A DNA stretch of 64,000 nucleotides, taken from NCBI GenBank assembly GCA_965112155.1, contig OZ218100.1. The stretch is one strand, 5' to 3'. Both the position numbers and the translations under genes were made by a program. Origin of the DNA: Podarcis liolepis. Lineage: Eukaryota. The notes beneath the pieces were generated by a model. The model was given only the letters and a program-made list of their open reading frames with translations, had not been told where the DNA came from and made no database searches. Below, piece by piece: positions 51,501 to 63,988 of the stretch. Numbering within the stretch: the stretch's first letter is position 1; each line of letters opens with the position of its first letter.

Positions 51501-52819
51501 TACTAGGGTTCTGTTGAGGTGCTTCCCCTTACCTTTTCAAAGGTTGTTAGATCATCACTAAGTCACCGTCTTTAAAGACCATTTCTTCCCCTTATGAGTC
51601 TAGTTGCCTGTAAGACCTTGAGAGCCTTCTTCAGAGTATTCTTCTTTAGAGGATGAACTGCCAATGATAAGCAGCAGCAATCACTGGTTTTCTGTTCATC
51701 CTCCTGCCAGCCCCAGAGCTTCAACTCTAGTTGGAGGTATTTTTGGATACAGTGTTTTTTTTATATGGATTGGAGAAAGACTGGTAGAGAGGTTGCTTAA
51801 TGGTGGTTTAGAGGGTGCTCTCCACTTAACGTGGTATTTGCTTATGCATGTAGGGGCCCAGAACACAACTGCTGCATAAATGGGGAGTCGCTTGTATTTA
51901 CACATGGTACCTGCAGCCAAACTCTGAGCTGTATATTAAGAGAGAGATGTTTGTGCACCCCTCCACTGTGTTTATATTTTAAAATGTTGTACAAGTCTTT
52001 CTACTGATGATCTGGATGGAAATGAAAAAAATTAATGGGGTTCTCTTGCCTTGTCCATATACAACAGGGATGGGCAACCTGAGGTCCACTAGAGGCTGAT
52101 GGGAAGTCCAAGAGGGATGGCAGGAGCTGTAGACCAGCAATATCTGGAGCTAGATCCCTGTTAGAAGCTCAGTAGACAATCTGTTTGACTTAACAGAAGC
52201 TCCAGTGGCCATGACGAGCTCTTTAGCACACTTACCAGCATTTGCAGTTTCCATTCCTGAAGTTTGCAAAACAATAAAACTTCAAATAGCACTTTAAATC
52301 ATTAAAGTGCTGTCCAAACACTAACGTAGCTAATGTCAAATATAAACCACAGAGAATTAAAAGGCCTTGAAAGGAATTAAAAGGTCAAGGTTGCTCAGCA
52401 GTACTTGGTTTTAAGAGTCTCTTTTATTTGTAAAAAAATTAATACAGACATATTTCTAAAACTGGTTGTTATAATCTGTATGGGTACGTACTGAGAAGTG
52501 TTTTGGAACTGTTCTTTCTGGGGGAATGTGAGAGAGCAAACACTGATACTCCTTGAATTATTTAAAATATAAACTCTTAAAATACTAATTGACTTTTACA
52601 GCGGAGATAGTATCAGTTTCACAAGTCTGTAGCTTAGTTCAAGATATAAAGTCAGTAAAGTGGAATGCCTCAGTTTTAAGACTGGATAGGCTATTAGCTG
52701 CACAAAAGTTATTGCTCGCACTAAAATGTAGAATCTCCCTTGTTACTAATGTAGTATCTAGTTCAAATCTGAAAACTTAACCATTTGAAATAAAGACCCA
52801 CATAATTAGAAAGGTAATA

Positions 52820-53180
52820 CTTTTGAATTATGGTGTTGGAGGAGACTCTTGAGAGTCCCATGGACTGCAAGAAGACCAAACCTATCCATTCTTAAGGAAA
52901 TCAGCCCTGAGTGCTCACTGGAAGGACAGATCGTGAAGCTGAGGCTACAATAATTTGGCCACCTCATGAGAAGAGAAGACTCTCTGGAAAAGACCCTGAT
53001 GTTGGGAAAGATTGAGGGCACAAGGAGAAGGGGACAACAGAGGACTAGATGGTTGGACAGTGTTCTCGAAGCTACTAACATGAGTTTGACCAGACTGCGG
53101 GAGGCAGTGGAAGACAGGAGTGCCTGGCATGCTGTGGTCAATGGGGTGACGAAAAGTCAGACACGACTAAACAACAACAA
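52820..53180 (+). mobile_element. Bov-B (RTE) LINE 3' fragment
   Basis: FELWCWRRLLRVPWTARR..ECSLEGQ..*FGHLMRREDSLEKTLMLGKIEG.RRRG.QRTRWLD; (AAC)n tail. Confidence 0.95.
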
Positions 53181-53356
53181 TGTCCCAATTGCCACGAATC
53201 ATCTCAAATTAACCCAAGAATGTGACTCAGTACTTTGGAGGTGGTAGAATGTGCAAACTTCTGACTTTTCAAATAGGCTAGAATTAGGTGTTGGTGGATT
53301 ACAAATCCCATTATCCTAACTATGGGCAGGTTGGCTGGGGCTGATGGGGTTTGGGA

Positions 53357-53535
53357 GTTCCGGAGGTCCATTCTTAACCTGAAGCACCACTTTAGCTAAT
53401 GGGGGCTCCTGCTGCTGCCGCACCACCAGAGCACGATTTCTGTTCTCATCCTGAAGCAAAGTTCTTAACCCGAGGTACTATTTCTGGGTTAACGGAGTCT
53501 GTAACCTGAAGCGTATGTAACCCAAGGTACCACTG
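53357..53535. mobile_element. MITE family A copy 6, missing one TIR
   Basis: Starts gttccggaggtcc, ends ccaaggtaccactg|TA. Confidence 0.88.
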
Positions 53536-53630
53536 TACTTGTAGATCAGCTTTTATTTTATGGAAGCCTGGTAGGAAGAGCTGAGTGGATCCCATATATT
53601 AAATAAGATGTACAAGAGCTCCCTGTTTAC

Positions 53631-53632
<2 letters not shown>

Positions 53633-53670
<38 letters not shown>
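53633..53670. repeat. (AC)n microsatellite
   Basis: Direct reading. Confidence 0.95.
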
Positions 53671-53674
<4 letters not shown>

Positions 53675-53777
53675 ATATGCATGCTGCCTGTGTTTAAATA
53701 TTTGGCAGAAAGTGTAGTGGTACACTTGCACTCTTTCCCTGCATCCCATGTACACATAAATCTTGTGTGAACCTGAA

Positions 53778-53909
53778 GGGTAGCTCAGTTGGTAGAGCAT
53801 GAGGCTCTCAATCTCAGGGTTGTGGGTTTGAGCCCCCTGTTGGGTGAAAGTTTCCTGCGCTGCAGAGGGTTGTACCAGAGGATCCTCGGGGTCCCTTCCA
53901 ATTCTATGA
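53778..53909 (+). mobile_element. tRNA-Lys-derived SINE with CR1-type tail, second copy
   Basis: tagctcagttggtagagcatgaggctctcaatctcagggttgtgggtttgagcccc followed by ggggtcccttccaattctatga. Confidence 0.85.
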
Positions 53910-56365
53910 AATTTTTGGGTGCATCATTTGTCACTTTCTGCTACTCCCCTTTACACACCCACTACTTCCTCGGTGCTTTTGTTTATTTTCTGTCGGTCCT
54001 TTTAACTATTTCTGGTGCCTTCCTGAATGGGGGAGCATGGTTATAAATATCCCCCCCCACACACGTATATAACTTTCTTTTGATCATCCCAGAAAACTCC
54101 ACAAGCATACCACATTAAAAATTTCTACAGCACTTGTTGCAGCAATCCAAAAAGTGTCTGCTGAGAATTTACAATTGCTTTCTTTTCTCTTCCGGCCAGG
54201 CTCCTAACCAGAAAACTGCACACGCAAATTTATAATTGCCTGTGTGTTTTTGAGCATTTCCTGGGTTGGATTTTTATTTTAAAAAATTACACAAAGCGTG
54301 CATACAACTGCCTCCGCACATGCTCTGTCTGTACTTAATTGGCATAGCAGAATCAGCAGGTAGAGATTTTTGCACAGGGAGACAGTCCTTATCACCTACT
54401 AATGCCTGCAGATCAAGGAGCTCTTAGGTGGCTTTAAAAGAGAATTGGACAAATTCATGGAGGAGAAGATTGACAGAGGTTGCAGCTGGAGGCAGTAATG
54501 GTTCCATATACCAGTTGCCGGAGACGGCAGGTGGGGAGAATGTTCTTGTGTTCAGATCCTGCCTGCGGGTTTCCCACAAGGATCCTATGAGAACAGGATG
54601 CTGAACTAAATGGTCCAGTGGTCCAGCAGGCTCTTCTTATGTTCTTCAATCAGCTCTTGCAGCAGCAAGGCCAGGTAAAAGAACCAGCAAGTTAAATTGG
54701 ACACATCACCTCTTATGAGCTTGTAAAGCATCCTTATCTGTGTGGATTTAACTTCAGTCCAGGCTTTATGGCTTGCTGCTGCATGTTTTCACCAGCTGGA
54801 AGTAGCTTTAGAGGGTGGCAGAGGAATGGCAACATAGGGCATAGTTATGCTTGCTTTTCCTGTCCCTCAAAGGCATATGTGAGATGCAAGTGAGGTGCTA
54901 AAATTCCGCCTCCCTTCCCTCTTGGGCCTTGTTTTTTCTTGTTTTACAAGGAAATGTGTGCCAGGAGGTGAACTTTTGAAGCCTTGGCAACTTGTTCAGT
55001 CCTGGCAGTTCAGACAGCTGTGAGGCCTTCCTGCTGTGTTGAAGGAAAGATTGTGGGTTGCTCCACAGCACGGTCAAATTCATCCTGATGCTTGAAGTGC
55101 ATATGGTGGTGGTTCTTCCTCTCTATGGTATGGGGACTCCCAGATGTTGGGTAACTTTGTGTGCATACTGGCACACATGGACTGATTGTTAGGGCTGCCC
55201 CCAAGACATTTTGCTGCTTGGGGCAGGGCAGCAAATCCGTCTCATGTCCCGCAATCAGCCGCTTGAAGTGCTCACTCAGATGAAAAATAGGACTGGACTT
55301 GCTGGTTGTGTTATCATTTACCAAAATCTTCTAAGTTTCATTTTGGAAAGCTAGAGCAGGGCTTTCTTTCCTGATTATGGAGGAACGGGGCCCAATATTG
55401 GGACAATGGAAAAGCAAAACTTTGCTGTAAGAGCAATTGTCAACTGGAGCTGACACCCTTGGGGTCATGTACCACTTGGTTGAAGCCTCTGTAAGGGCTA
55501 TTCTGTATGTGCCAGAATGAGAGCATTCCTAAGACTGGAGCCAGGCTTGAAGCTGTGCTTCCAGCAATGAGCTGTTCAGCCAGATGTTTCTACTTGCCAA
55601 GGCTTGTTAATGGGCAGAGTAGTCTGCTGTTCCATGTCCTTAGCCAATAAACAAAACTTATTGCTTGGCGGGTAAGGGAAGATGTTTTCCTTTTTTAATT
55701 TTTTTTTTTGGGGGGGAGAGGATGCTATCATTGCAGAAACCTCAACTCATTCCTAAAAAGCCCCCACCTTCATTAATAAGCATGGAATGGTCTTGCTCCT
55801 CACCCCCCCAGTCGCCATGACTGCTGGCACCATGTCATCTCACAAAAATAGGTCAACTCATTTCTAGGCAAACATTCTGTCTCCTCCTTTAGGACTCTCT
55901 TGGATGCTCTTAGATCTCTTCGCTTTACACAATAGGGCAAAGTGTTTGCACAGCAAATTGCTGCTTCTAACCTTAGAGGTTGGTTCATATATCATGGCCG
56001 ACAGATAGAACTTTTTGATAGCTTACAAAGTGGCTCTCTGTAAATTCTTCTGGAAAGACAAGGAGAAACGAGGTGTTACCTCTATCAGGCAGGCACAATA
56101 TTTATTTCATAGGGCTTTTGAATGAAAGGTTATTCTTGTATAAATTGTGAAATGAAACAAAACAAAAAAACCCTTTCAAAATTTGGCTACATTTTGCCCT
56201 CTCAAAAGACACCAGTTGAGCAAGTGACGAGTCCTTGTTTTAATCTAACAAATGAAGCTGTTGAGGACAATGGGCTAATGTAGGGCTTTTTCTCTCTGAG
56301 AACTAATGGCACACTAAAGCTTCCATAGCCATGATTGACTGTAAATATCCATGGTGAATTCCCAA

Positions 56366-56465
56366 GCACACTGCTCCCTTATGTATGAACTTAACCTCTC
56401 TATAATAGAGAATTGCACACTGCTCCCTTATGTATGAACTTAAACTCTCTGTAATAGAGAATTGC
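56366..56465. repeat. 49-bp tandem duplication (2 units, 2 mismatches)
   Basis: gcacactgctcccttatgtatgaacttaa.ctctct.taatagagaatt at 56366-56414 and 56415-56463. Confidence 0.93.
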
Positions 56466-57833
56466 TTCCTTGTGGCTTTCCAGCATAGCTGAAGATGACA
56501 TGAGAAGCTCAGCCGCAACATAAGGAGATTATAGCATTACAAGAGAAGCAAGTCATAAACTCCTTGGAGCTGTTCCAGGAACAAAACTAGCTAATTTGGG
56601 ATCCCCAAATCCAATCAAAAATTCAGAAGGGAGAAAGTTCATAAGCTTCCTTGTTTATGAATGAGGAACACACAGGGATAGCAAACGTGTGTTTTAGTTC
56701 ACAATCTTGCTGCATTGATTTGGGTGAAATGCACAGTTCCCTTTTATAGTGATGTGATAGATGAATTCTGCATGAAGCCACAATAGCCCAACAGCTTCGT
56801 GATGGAGGGCTGCATGAAAGAATGACCTAGAGGCTCCCTCCAGGCGTCTTTTTTAATGTGCATTCATGATCATTTGCACTCATGATGGTATCAGGGTAGC
56901 TACACATGGCCCCGTATTCAACAGTGTTTTGCACCTGTGGTGGACATGCGGCCATTTCCAGTCAGAGTGTGTGCCCCATGCCGTCCTGTTGAAATCCTGT
57001 ATGCTTTTTTATGCCACAGACGTTCCATGGAGAGAGGAGTCATCTGCCCTGCTTTTGTTGAATTAAGATACCTGAGCACCCCTCCAGACAGCAATAACGC
57101 AGTAATATTGGCGAAGTGTTGTGGAACAAGTAATAAAGCAGAATGGTGTGTGGATAGTCCAGTATAAATACACTACTAATGCACTATTATTGCATCAGTG
57201 ACATGTTGCAGAATGCACCTGCAAAGAAATGCCCAGGGCAGGATTCAACTAATGAGTCACATCAGTGCAAGCCTGTACAAAATGCTTTATCTCCTTCTCC
57301 CCCCCCCCCATGCCCCCAAAATTGGTTTGGGGTGTCAGGATAACCCCCAGAACCCCCAGAAGAGTGCACAGGTAGAGGAGAAGGGGGATTGTTCTGTCTG
57401 ACAAGCCAAAATGCCTTACACTGATGCAACAATCAGAAAAGCATGGCACTGAATTCTTCCCCTGGAGGCAGCCCTTAAGAACTCAGACTTAAGAAAACCC
57501 AGCACAATTCGTTGGTTGGTGAAGCAAAACACCCTCTTCTTGCTAGAGAACTGTGTCAACTTCCATGTAAGCCTGAGCCTTGAAGAAGCAAAAGTTTCGT
57601 CCTATCGTTTTTCATAATATCCCCCAATGGAAAGCCCCTAAGATCAAAATCCATTAAGTTCTGGTCTTTTCTTTTAAGGAAACTTGATAGCCACTCATTG
57701 AATCTGTCCCTGTTTGATAATATGGGTGTACCCTTTTGGCTCATCGCAACCATTACATAAAAGTCGACCTTTCTTGTGTGCAGGCCACTGCCTTAAAAAT
57801 CCTTCAGTGTGGCAGCAGCATATGCTGAAATGT

Positions 57834-57968
57834 TAACATTTAAGGACTCCTTATCTGTGCATTGCCCAATTGTGTGCGCACAATGCCACTGTTCCCAGGG
57901 AATGAGCTCTGGTGTGCATATGTCACACACAATTGGGCAACGCACAGATAAGAAATCCTTAAATGTTA
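57834..57968. repeat. Inverted repeat with 43-bp arms (probable small MITE)
   Basis: taacatttaaggactccttatctgtgcattgcccaattgtgtg pairs with cacacaattgggcaacgcacagataagaaatccttaaatgtta (3 mismatches). Confidence 0.9.
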
Positions 57969-59665
57969 CTCTTCCACATATAGTTCTGCCGTGGGAAAGA
58001 GTTTTTCAGTGTCCTGCACACAAAGATCCCATTCATCCCCCACCCCCATCTTTTAACACATGGTTTGTAGAGTTTCCCAACATAGGTACCACTAGGACTC
58101 TTAACTCATCATTGGGGCACTACTAACTTTGAATGGGAAGGGCTGGTTTTGCTAGGAGTCTGCTTACAATATTGTTTAGGAAACGTACCGTGATGGTTTG
58201 TGTACTATCCTTGACGTAGCTTTGCTTCATTTCAGTCTGGCTTTGAAGTGCTTCAAGGTTTTCTCTTGCTATATGATTGCTAACCACTGAGGAAACAAAA
58301 CCTTGGCTCCAGAACAGTTACTGCTCTGGCAGTCACTTTTATCCTGGGACTGAGTGACTTATGTTTGTGTTTTCGTAGGAGGATTCCTCTGCTGGGCAAG
58401 TTGAGTCTTATTGATGTGAAGCCCAAATTCCCTTGGAGACTCTCCTTTGAGAATTTTTTTTTTTTTACATCAGTCAAAGCAAAGGGCTGCTTAAATAACA
58501 AAACAAAAAAAAGCAAAAGGGGAATCCAACTGTGCTCTCTGCCAGCATAGAACAAAAGAGCCAAAGTACAGTGCTCCTGGCAGTCCTCTTGGAAACACAC
58601 ATGTTGGTCTAGGCAGATGCCTTCAGAAACATTTGACAGCAATTTGGCAAGGCTGCAACTTTTGACTAAACCTGGACTTGGTAGAGGGAAAGGAGAGGTT
58701 GCTGACAAATTGCCAGTTTGGTTCTGTAAAAGAACCTCATTGCTAGGCTGATCCCCCCTGGTCCTGCCATTGCTACTCCTAAATGTTTACGTGCACATTT
58801 CAGGTGGTCCCATGTACACAAGGACTGGGAGACTGCAAGGGCCTGTGGAAGGTTGTGGCACATGCATAGATAATGCCCTTTGATTCAAGATTATTTGCTC
58901 CTTGAGTCTAAACAGCTTGGGTTCTGAATTAAGATCACTTAAGAAAGCTCACAAAAGGAAAAAATAGCCTGCCCTCTTCTGCCTCCTTTGCTCCAAACAG
59001 CCCCTGCTGAATAATGTGGGCTGATGGAGAAGGATAGAGTTGCCCAGAATTGGGCAAATTTGGGGTGATTGTCCTCTTCTTTGCCAAGAGCACTCCAAAT
59101 TGTTGTATGGAGTCTTGTGACTCCAGGGAGACGCTTTTCCAGGGGCACAGGTGGTTGTGGCAGGAGGAGAGGGGATGGAAAACTTTCCTTCTGTAAACTT
59201 TGCTAACTTGGTACCTGACCCTACGTAGTTGGTTGGTTTTTTAAAAAAACTTTGAATAACTGTGGGACTGACTTCCAAGTAAGTATTAATAGGATTGAAC
59301 TATGCATGTTGCTTCAGAGATTAAATTAAAACCAGGGAAGCCTGTGGAGAGTTCTTCTCTGTCCTCTGCAATGTGGCCAAAAAAAGGAGATAAAATTGAG
59401 TTTCTTCCCCTCTTCCCCTCTCTTTCTCACTCACACTGCAACAAGCTAGGGAGCAAATGCTATGCAGATGCTGAAAGAGCAACATCCATAGGAAGAATGC
59501 ATGGTTTTGATTGGCTTAGGCTGGGCTGTAATAGGCCTGAAAATGTATAAATATGGTTGTGAGTGACAGGAGAAAGACTGAACTGTGGCTCTGGATGGTT
59601 TGTGGGGGACAGAATCATGGCAGGGCTCCGTTCCACTTTGTCCATAAGAGGAGACTCCCCTGAAG

Positions 59666-59812
59666 CAGTGGCGTAGCGTGGGTTGTCAGCACCCGGGGCA
59701 AGGCAAGTAATTTGCGCCCCCTAACCCGTGGTTTTGCACCCCCTAACCCTAACCCCCAGATGTTGCGCCCGGTGCGGCCGGCCCCCCCCGCACCCCCCAC
59801 GCTACGCCACTG
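59666..59812. mobile_element. Young hAT MITE (147 bp)
   Basis: Perfect 17-bp TIR CAGTGGCGTAGCGTGGG / CCCACGCTACGCCACTG; perfect 8-bp TSD CCCTGAAG (59658-59665, 59813-59820). Confidence 0.95.
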
Positions 59813-61244
59813 CCCTGAAGCGAGCTTTACACCCAGATAAGTCTGTACAGTATAGGATCACAATCTTCCAGTTATTACCATCCCATAATTTCATACTTGT
59901 AACCTTTAACTCAACATCTCTGTTTAAAAGAGGTGGGGGTGGGGGGGGGAGAAATCTGCCCTTTTACTCTTCATCTTGCTAAAATTAGGACAGAAAAAGC
60001 TAATCAGTTAAAAATATCTTGGGTATGCACCTTTTATGGTTGCAAGGAACCGTTACACACCACCTAAAATTAATTGCAACTTTTGTTAATATTAAGACTG
60101 TCTAGTTTCTTTTTAAATATATGTTTTGTTGCAAATATAACAGAAAGAAAAAAGAAAGAAACGACGTCAGCTCACACTAACAGTAAGAATAATCCATCAA
60201 TCCTAATTCAAACATGCAGAGTCCATATGTCCAAATAGATATCCAGAAGAGATTGATTGATGATTACAAGATATATGTTCAAATGTAGCAAGGGCAGTAA
60301 GATGTTCAGCTTCTTGAGAAATGAATGGTGGGTATTTTTTATCCTTCCAAGTTTGAACTATATGTCTCTTTCATTGTGTAACTGATAGTCGTCATCCCCA
60401 ATCACAGGAGTATAATTTAAAACTTTATTTTATTTTATTCCTGTTTTCTGTTACCAAGGAAATGCTTTTTCTCCCTGTCCATTAACACTCAAACTTGTGG
60501 ACACCCAATGAAGGTGATATTGAAAGATTTGAGAGAGATAAAAGAAAGTACTTCTTCATGCAGCGCATAGCCCTATTCTGCCTCTCCCCACCCCACCGTA
60601 CCCCAAATTGGGCTCATGTGCACACATGAGAGACACACTTAATCAAAGGTGAAATTGTTATCATTGTGGGTAGTACTTCCTCTGGTCAAAGTGACATTCG
60701 TGTACTCAGAACTAATGGCGAAAGCAGATGTCTTTCTCAGGAGAACAAAAATAGGTTCCTGGATTCAGGGACATGGCAAAAACAAATGTCAAATACAAAA
60801 GGGCAGAGAATTTCTCAAGGGCGTGTTCACAGTAATTCAGTTCTTGCCTGAAGAGGAAGAGGTGAACACTCTTCAGTGTCCCTCCCCCCTTCTTGTATTA
60901 ATAGGACGGTGTCCTTTTCTTTTTGAAGCAAGCTGTTCGTTCTCTCTCTCTCTCTCTCATCTCTGTAAATTCACACAGGAACAGGAAGTTGAATGAGTGT
61001 GTACATATATAACAAATTTGTGAACGACTGACCGTCTGTATATAGCTTCAAAGGTGGGGCACACAACAGATGATTGGTCAATCCTTGGATTATTTAGCTG
61101 CTTATTGTAACATAGACTTAGTTTCCTGCCTCAGCTTGTTCTTCACCAGTGTTTCCCCTTTCACATTTAACCACTGTCTAGGTCAGATATTACTGGGATT
61201 ACAGTTTGTGTCAACTATACTTAATTGTTTTTCACCCTTTCTAG

Positions 61245-61370
<126 letters not shown>

Positions 61371-62220
61371 TAATCTCAAAGGGAAACTCCTGCCTAATAA
61401 AGAGAAAGTGTTTCGGAAGTCTCTTAGTGGATTTAAGATAATTAGCTACCTTAACACAAATTGTTTCTGGAAATTGAAACATAAGTGCTTGCGCTAGGTC
61501 GTCTCTACGGGGGTGGCTTGAGCCAAATGCTAGGGTGTGTACAAACCTCGGGAAATCTGTGGCCCAAGGATGAATGCTAATGTCTGAGCCACAGAAAAAG
61601 GACACATAACTTCTGCCACCAAAATGCTCTGATGTCCTCGCCAGAGCAAGTCTTTGCTCCGAAACGAACAGTGTTTGAAATCTGTTGGGATCCAGTCCAG
61701 GCCAACACTCTTCTCTTATTTAGAACAGCCTGACTATATATCCCTGGCAGATGGTTGTCAACCTTGCCTTGAAAACCCTCAAGGAGGCTTATTCCACTGT
61801 TGAGTTGGCTTTAGAATGGAGAAATTCACCTAGAGTTTTAACCTAAGAACCAGACTTCCCTGCTGTGTCCCAGGCTTTCCAGTTGCCTAGCCTTTCAGCC
61901 TGATGCTTAAGGGTACACTAAAGATAACCTGAAAGTTTTCCATTATGTATTAGCACTCCCTTGCATATCTGAGCATCTTCTAGCACCACACCCTTTTGAA
62001 CATGTGCACATGCATGTGCCCCTGAATGATCTGGAGTTGCTAACTAGGATCTTTTTTGAAGTAAACATGACTGCGTTGTGCCTGGAAATACTATTTGATG
62101 CCACTGCACTTAACCATTTTGTTAGAAGCAGGGAACAAGTGAAACCTTTTCTGTGTGAAACCTTTCCTGTACCCAGTGGAAAACTCAATGTTATCCTTTG
62201 CTTTTTGTTCTGTCTCTCAG

Positions 62221-62434
62221 GTAGCTTCAAAGCTGCAGCCAATGGGAGGATACTGAAGAAGCACTGCGAGTCTGAACAGCGCTGCTTGGACCGCTTGATG
62301 AATGATGTCCTTAAGCCGTATGTTCCTGCCTACCATGGGGACATAGTGAAGGATGGGGAGCGTTACAATCAGATGGAAGATCTCCTGGCTGACTTTGACT
62401 CTCCCTGTGTCATGGATTGCAAGATGGGAGTCAG
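62221..62434 (+). CDS. ITPKB: ITPKB internal exon (214 nt): IP3 3-kinase catalytic domain with PxxxDxKxG motif
   Basis: (G)[70 protein letters not shown](R); acceptor tctctcag|, donor AG|gtcagt; phase 1 start matches the previous exon. Confidence 0.97.
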
Positions 62435-63948
62435 GTCAGTTTTCCTTGGTAGCTAAGGGCACAACCTGCCTCTTCCCCAGCTTCATCCAGTAACAGCAGA
62501 AGCATGATTTCATCTTGCAGTGCCTAATGCCTTTCTGCTCCCCCACAGGAGGCAGGAAAATGCTGAGCATGAGGTCATCATGCCACACATTTCTGTTACT
62601 GCATTTACTTGGAAGATGGCGGCAGCCACACATCTCCATAATACCTAGCTAGGCTCTAAGGGTGAAGCCTTTTCCCAGCCATTTGGGTGGATGGATTTCA
62701 GGTAGCAAGAAAGGCTGGTTTTAAATTGGTGTATCACTTTGAAACCAAACCCCCATTCTTCATATGTTTCCTAAAAAATGGTGCAGATCTGACCACTAAG
62801 CCAAGCTTAGCACCGATATAGGCAGGACTGTTCCAATGCATTTTGCCGCCTGAGGGCAGATCAGCTTAGGGCACCCTGTCTCTGCACCAAGTCAAAATGC
62901 ACGATACCGCGATATTGTTTTGGCATTTGAGGCAGAAAATCCCACAAGTACCTCTCCCGCTAGTTGTCAGTAAAAATACAAAGGTAATAAATGAAATAAC
63001 TTTCCCTAATGGCAGAGCTTGCTCTGACTTATAGGCCTTTTGGCTCAGAAGTGAGTATAGTAATAAAGATGACCTTAGAAGACCGTACTTTTCAGTTGAA
63101 TAGTATTATTTGGGTGAGCTGTAAATTGGGAGCAGAGGGTGAATACTGCGCAGTCCTCACCCAAGGTTATTTAAACCAGGTTGGCTGTGGGAATTCCTGA
63201 TAAGCTGGGCTACATCATGTCAGGTTATTTTCATAAGTTAAAATGTATAATTCTGCCATACAGTCTCAAATTCCTCCTGAACATTACCATGACAAAATGC
63301 AAAAGGGGTCTCCTGATTATTATTAGTAGTAGTAGTAGTCGTAAAAAATTAATTTAAGTGTGGGAGATTAAAATGAAAGTCTTGATGTTTACCTGTGAAG
63401 AAAATGTCTTCAGTGAGCCGCATATCTGGAGAAACTTTAGCTGAAGTGGCAATTTAGATACTGAGCCACCCTCTTCCCAGCCCCCTTTCCAGGATAAAGA
63501 AATCCACTGTCCGGTGTCATCGTGAGTTTACTCGTTGTGAGGAAAAATGCCGTTTGCTCTGTTTGGCTTGGAATCTGTTTGCGCTGAGGGAAAGCAAAGT
63601 TCAAATTAACTGCATGAACAAATGGAAAAACATTCTAAGCTGGGTTAACGAGTACTTTCCCCCCAAAAAAGTACATCCTTGTTCAAGGAGATAGCGGAAG
63701 ATTTTGCCTCGCAGTTTGTTTGACCTAGAAGCAACTTGTAGGTCTGCTATACAAGAGTACTTCGAAACTGGTGGCAACTGTACAGAAACTTGAATACTTT
63801 CTGAGAACCCTTGGCCAACTAATTCAAACTGGAGCCAAAATGCTTCATTTAATGGTACAAAGGATACCTTTTTAATATTCAAATATATTATACAATATAC
63901 AAGAGTCGGACAAGATTATTATGGCAGGAAATGGGTGATGCCAGAGGC

Positions 63949-63988
<40 letters not shown>

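Larger units (their letters stand above)
1739..61244 (+). other. ITPKB: ITPKB large intron (59,506 bp, phase 0)
   Basis: GTAAGT donor at 1739; ttaat branch-like motif, pyrimidine tract and CTAG acceptor ending 61244; joined exons read KPRV|SKSWRK in frame. Confidence 0.93.

Noticed and set aside
52288-52311. 10-bp perfect stem agcactttaa/ttaaagtgct containing an AAAGTGC seed-like word
   Set aside because: Too short for a miRNA precursor; short AT-rich palindromes arise by chance.
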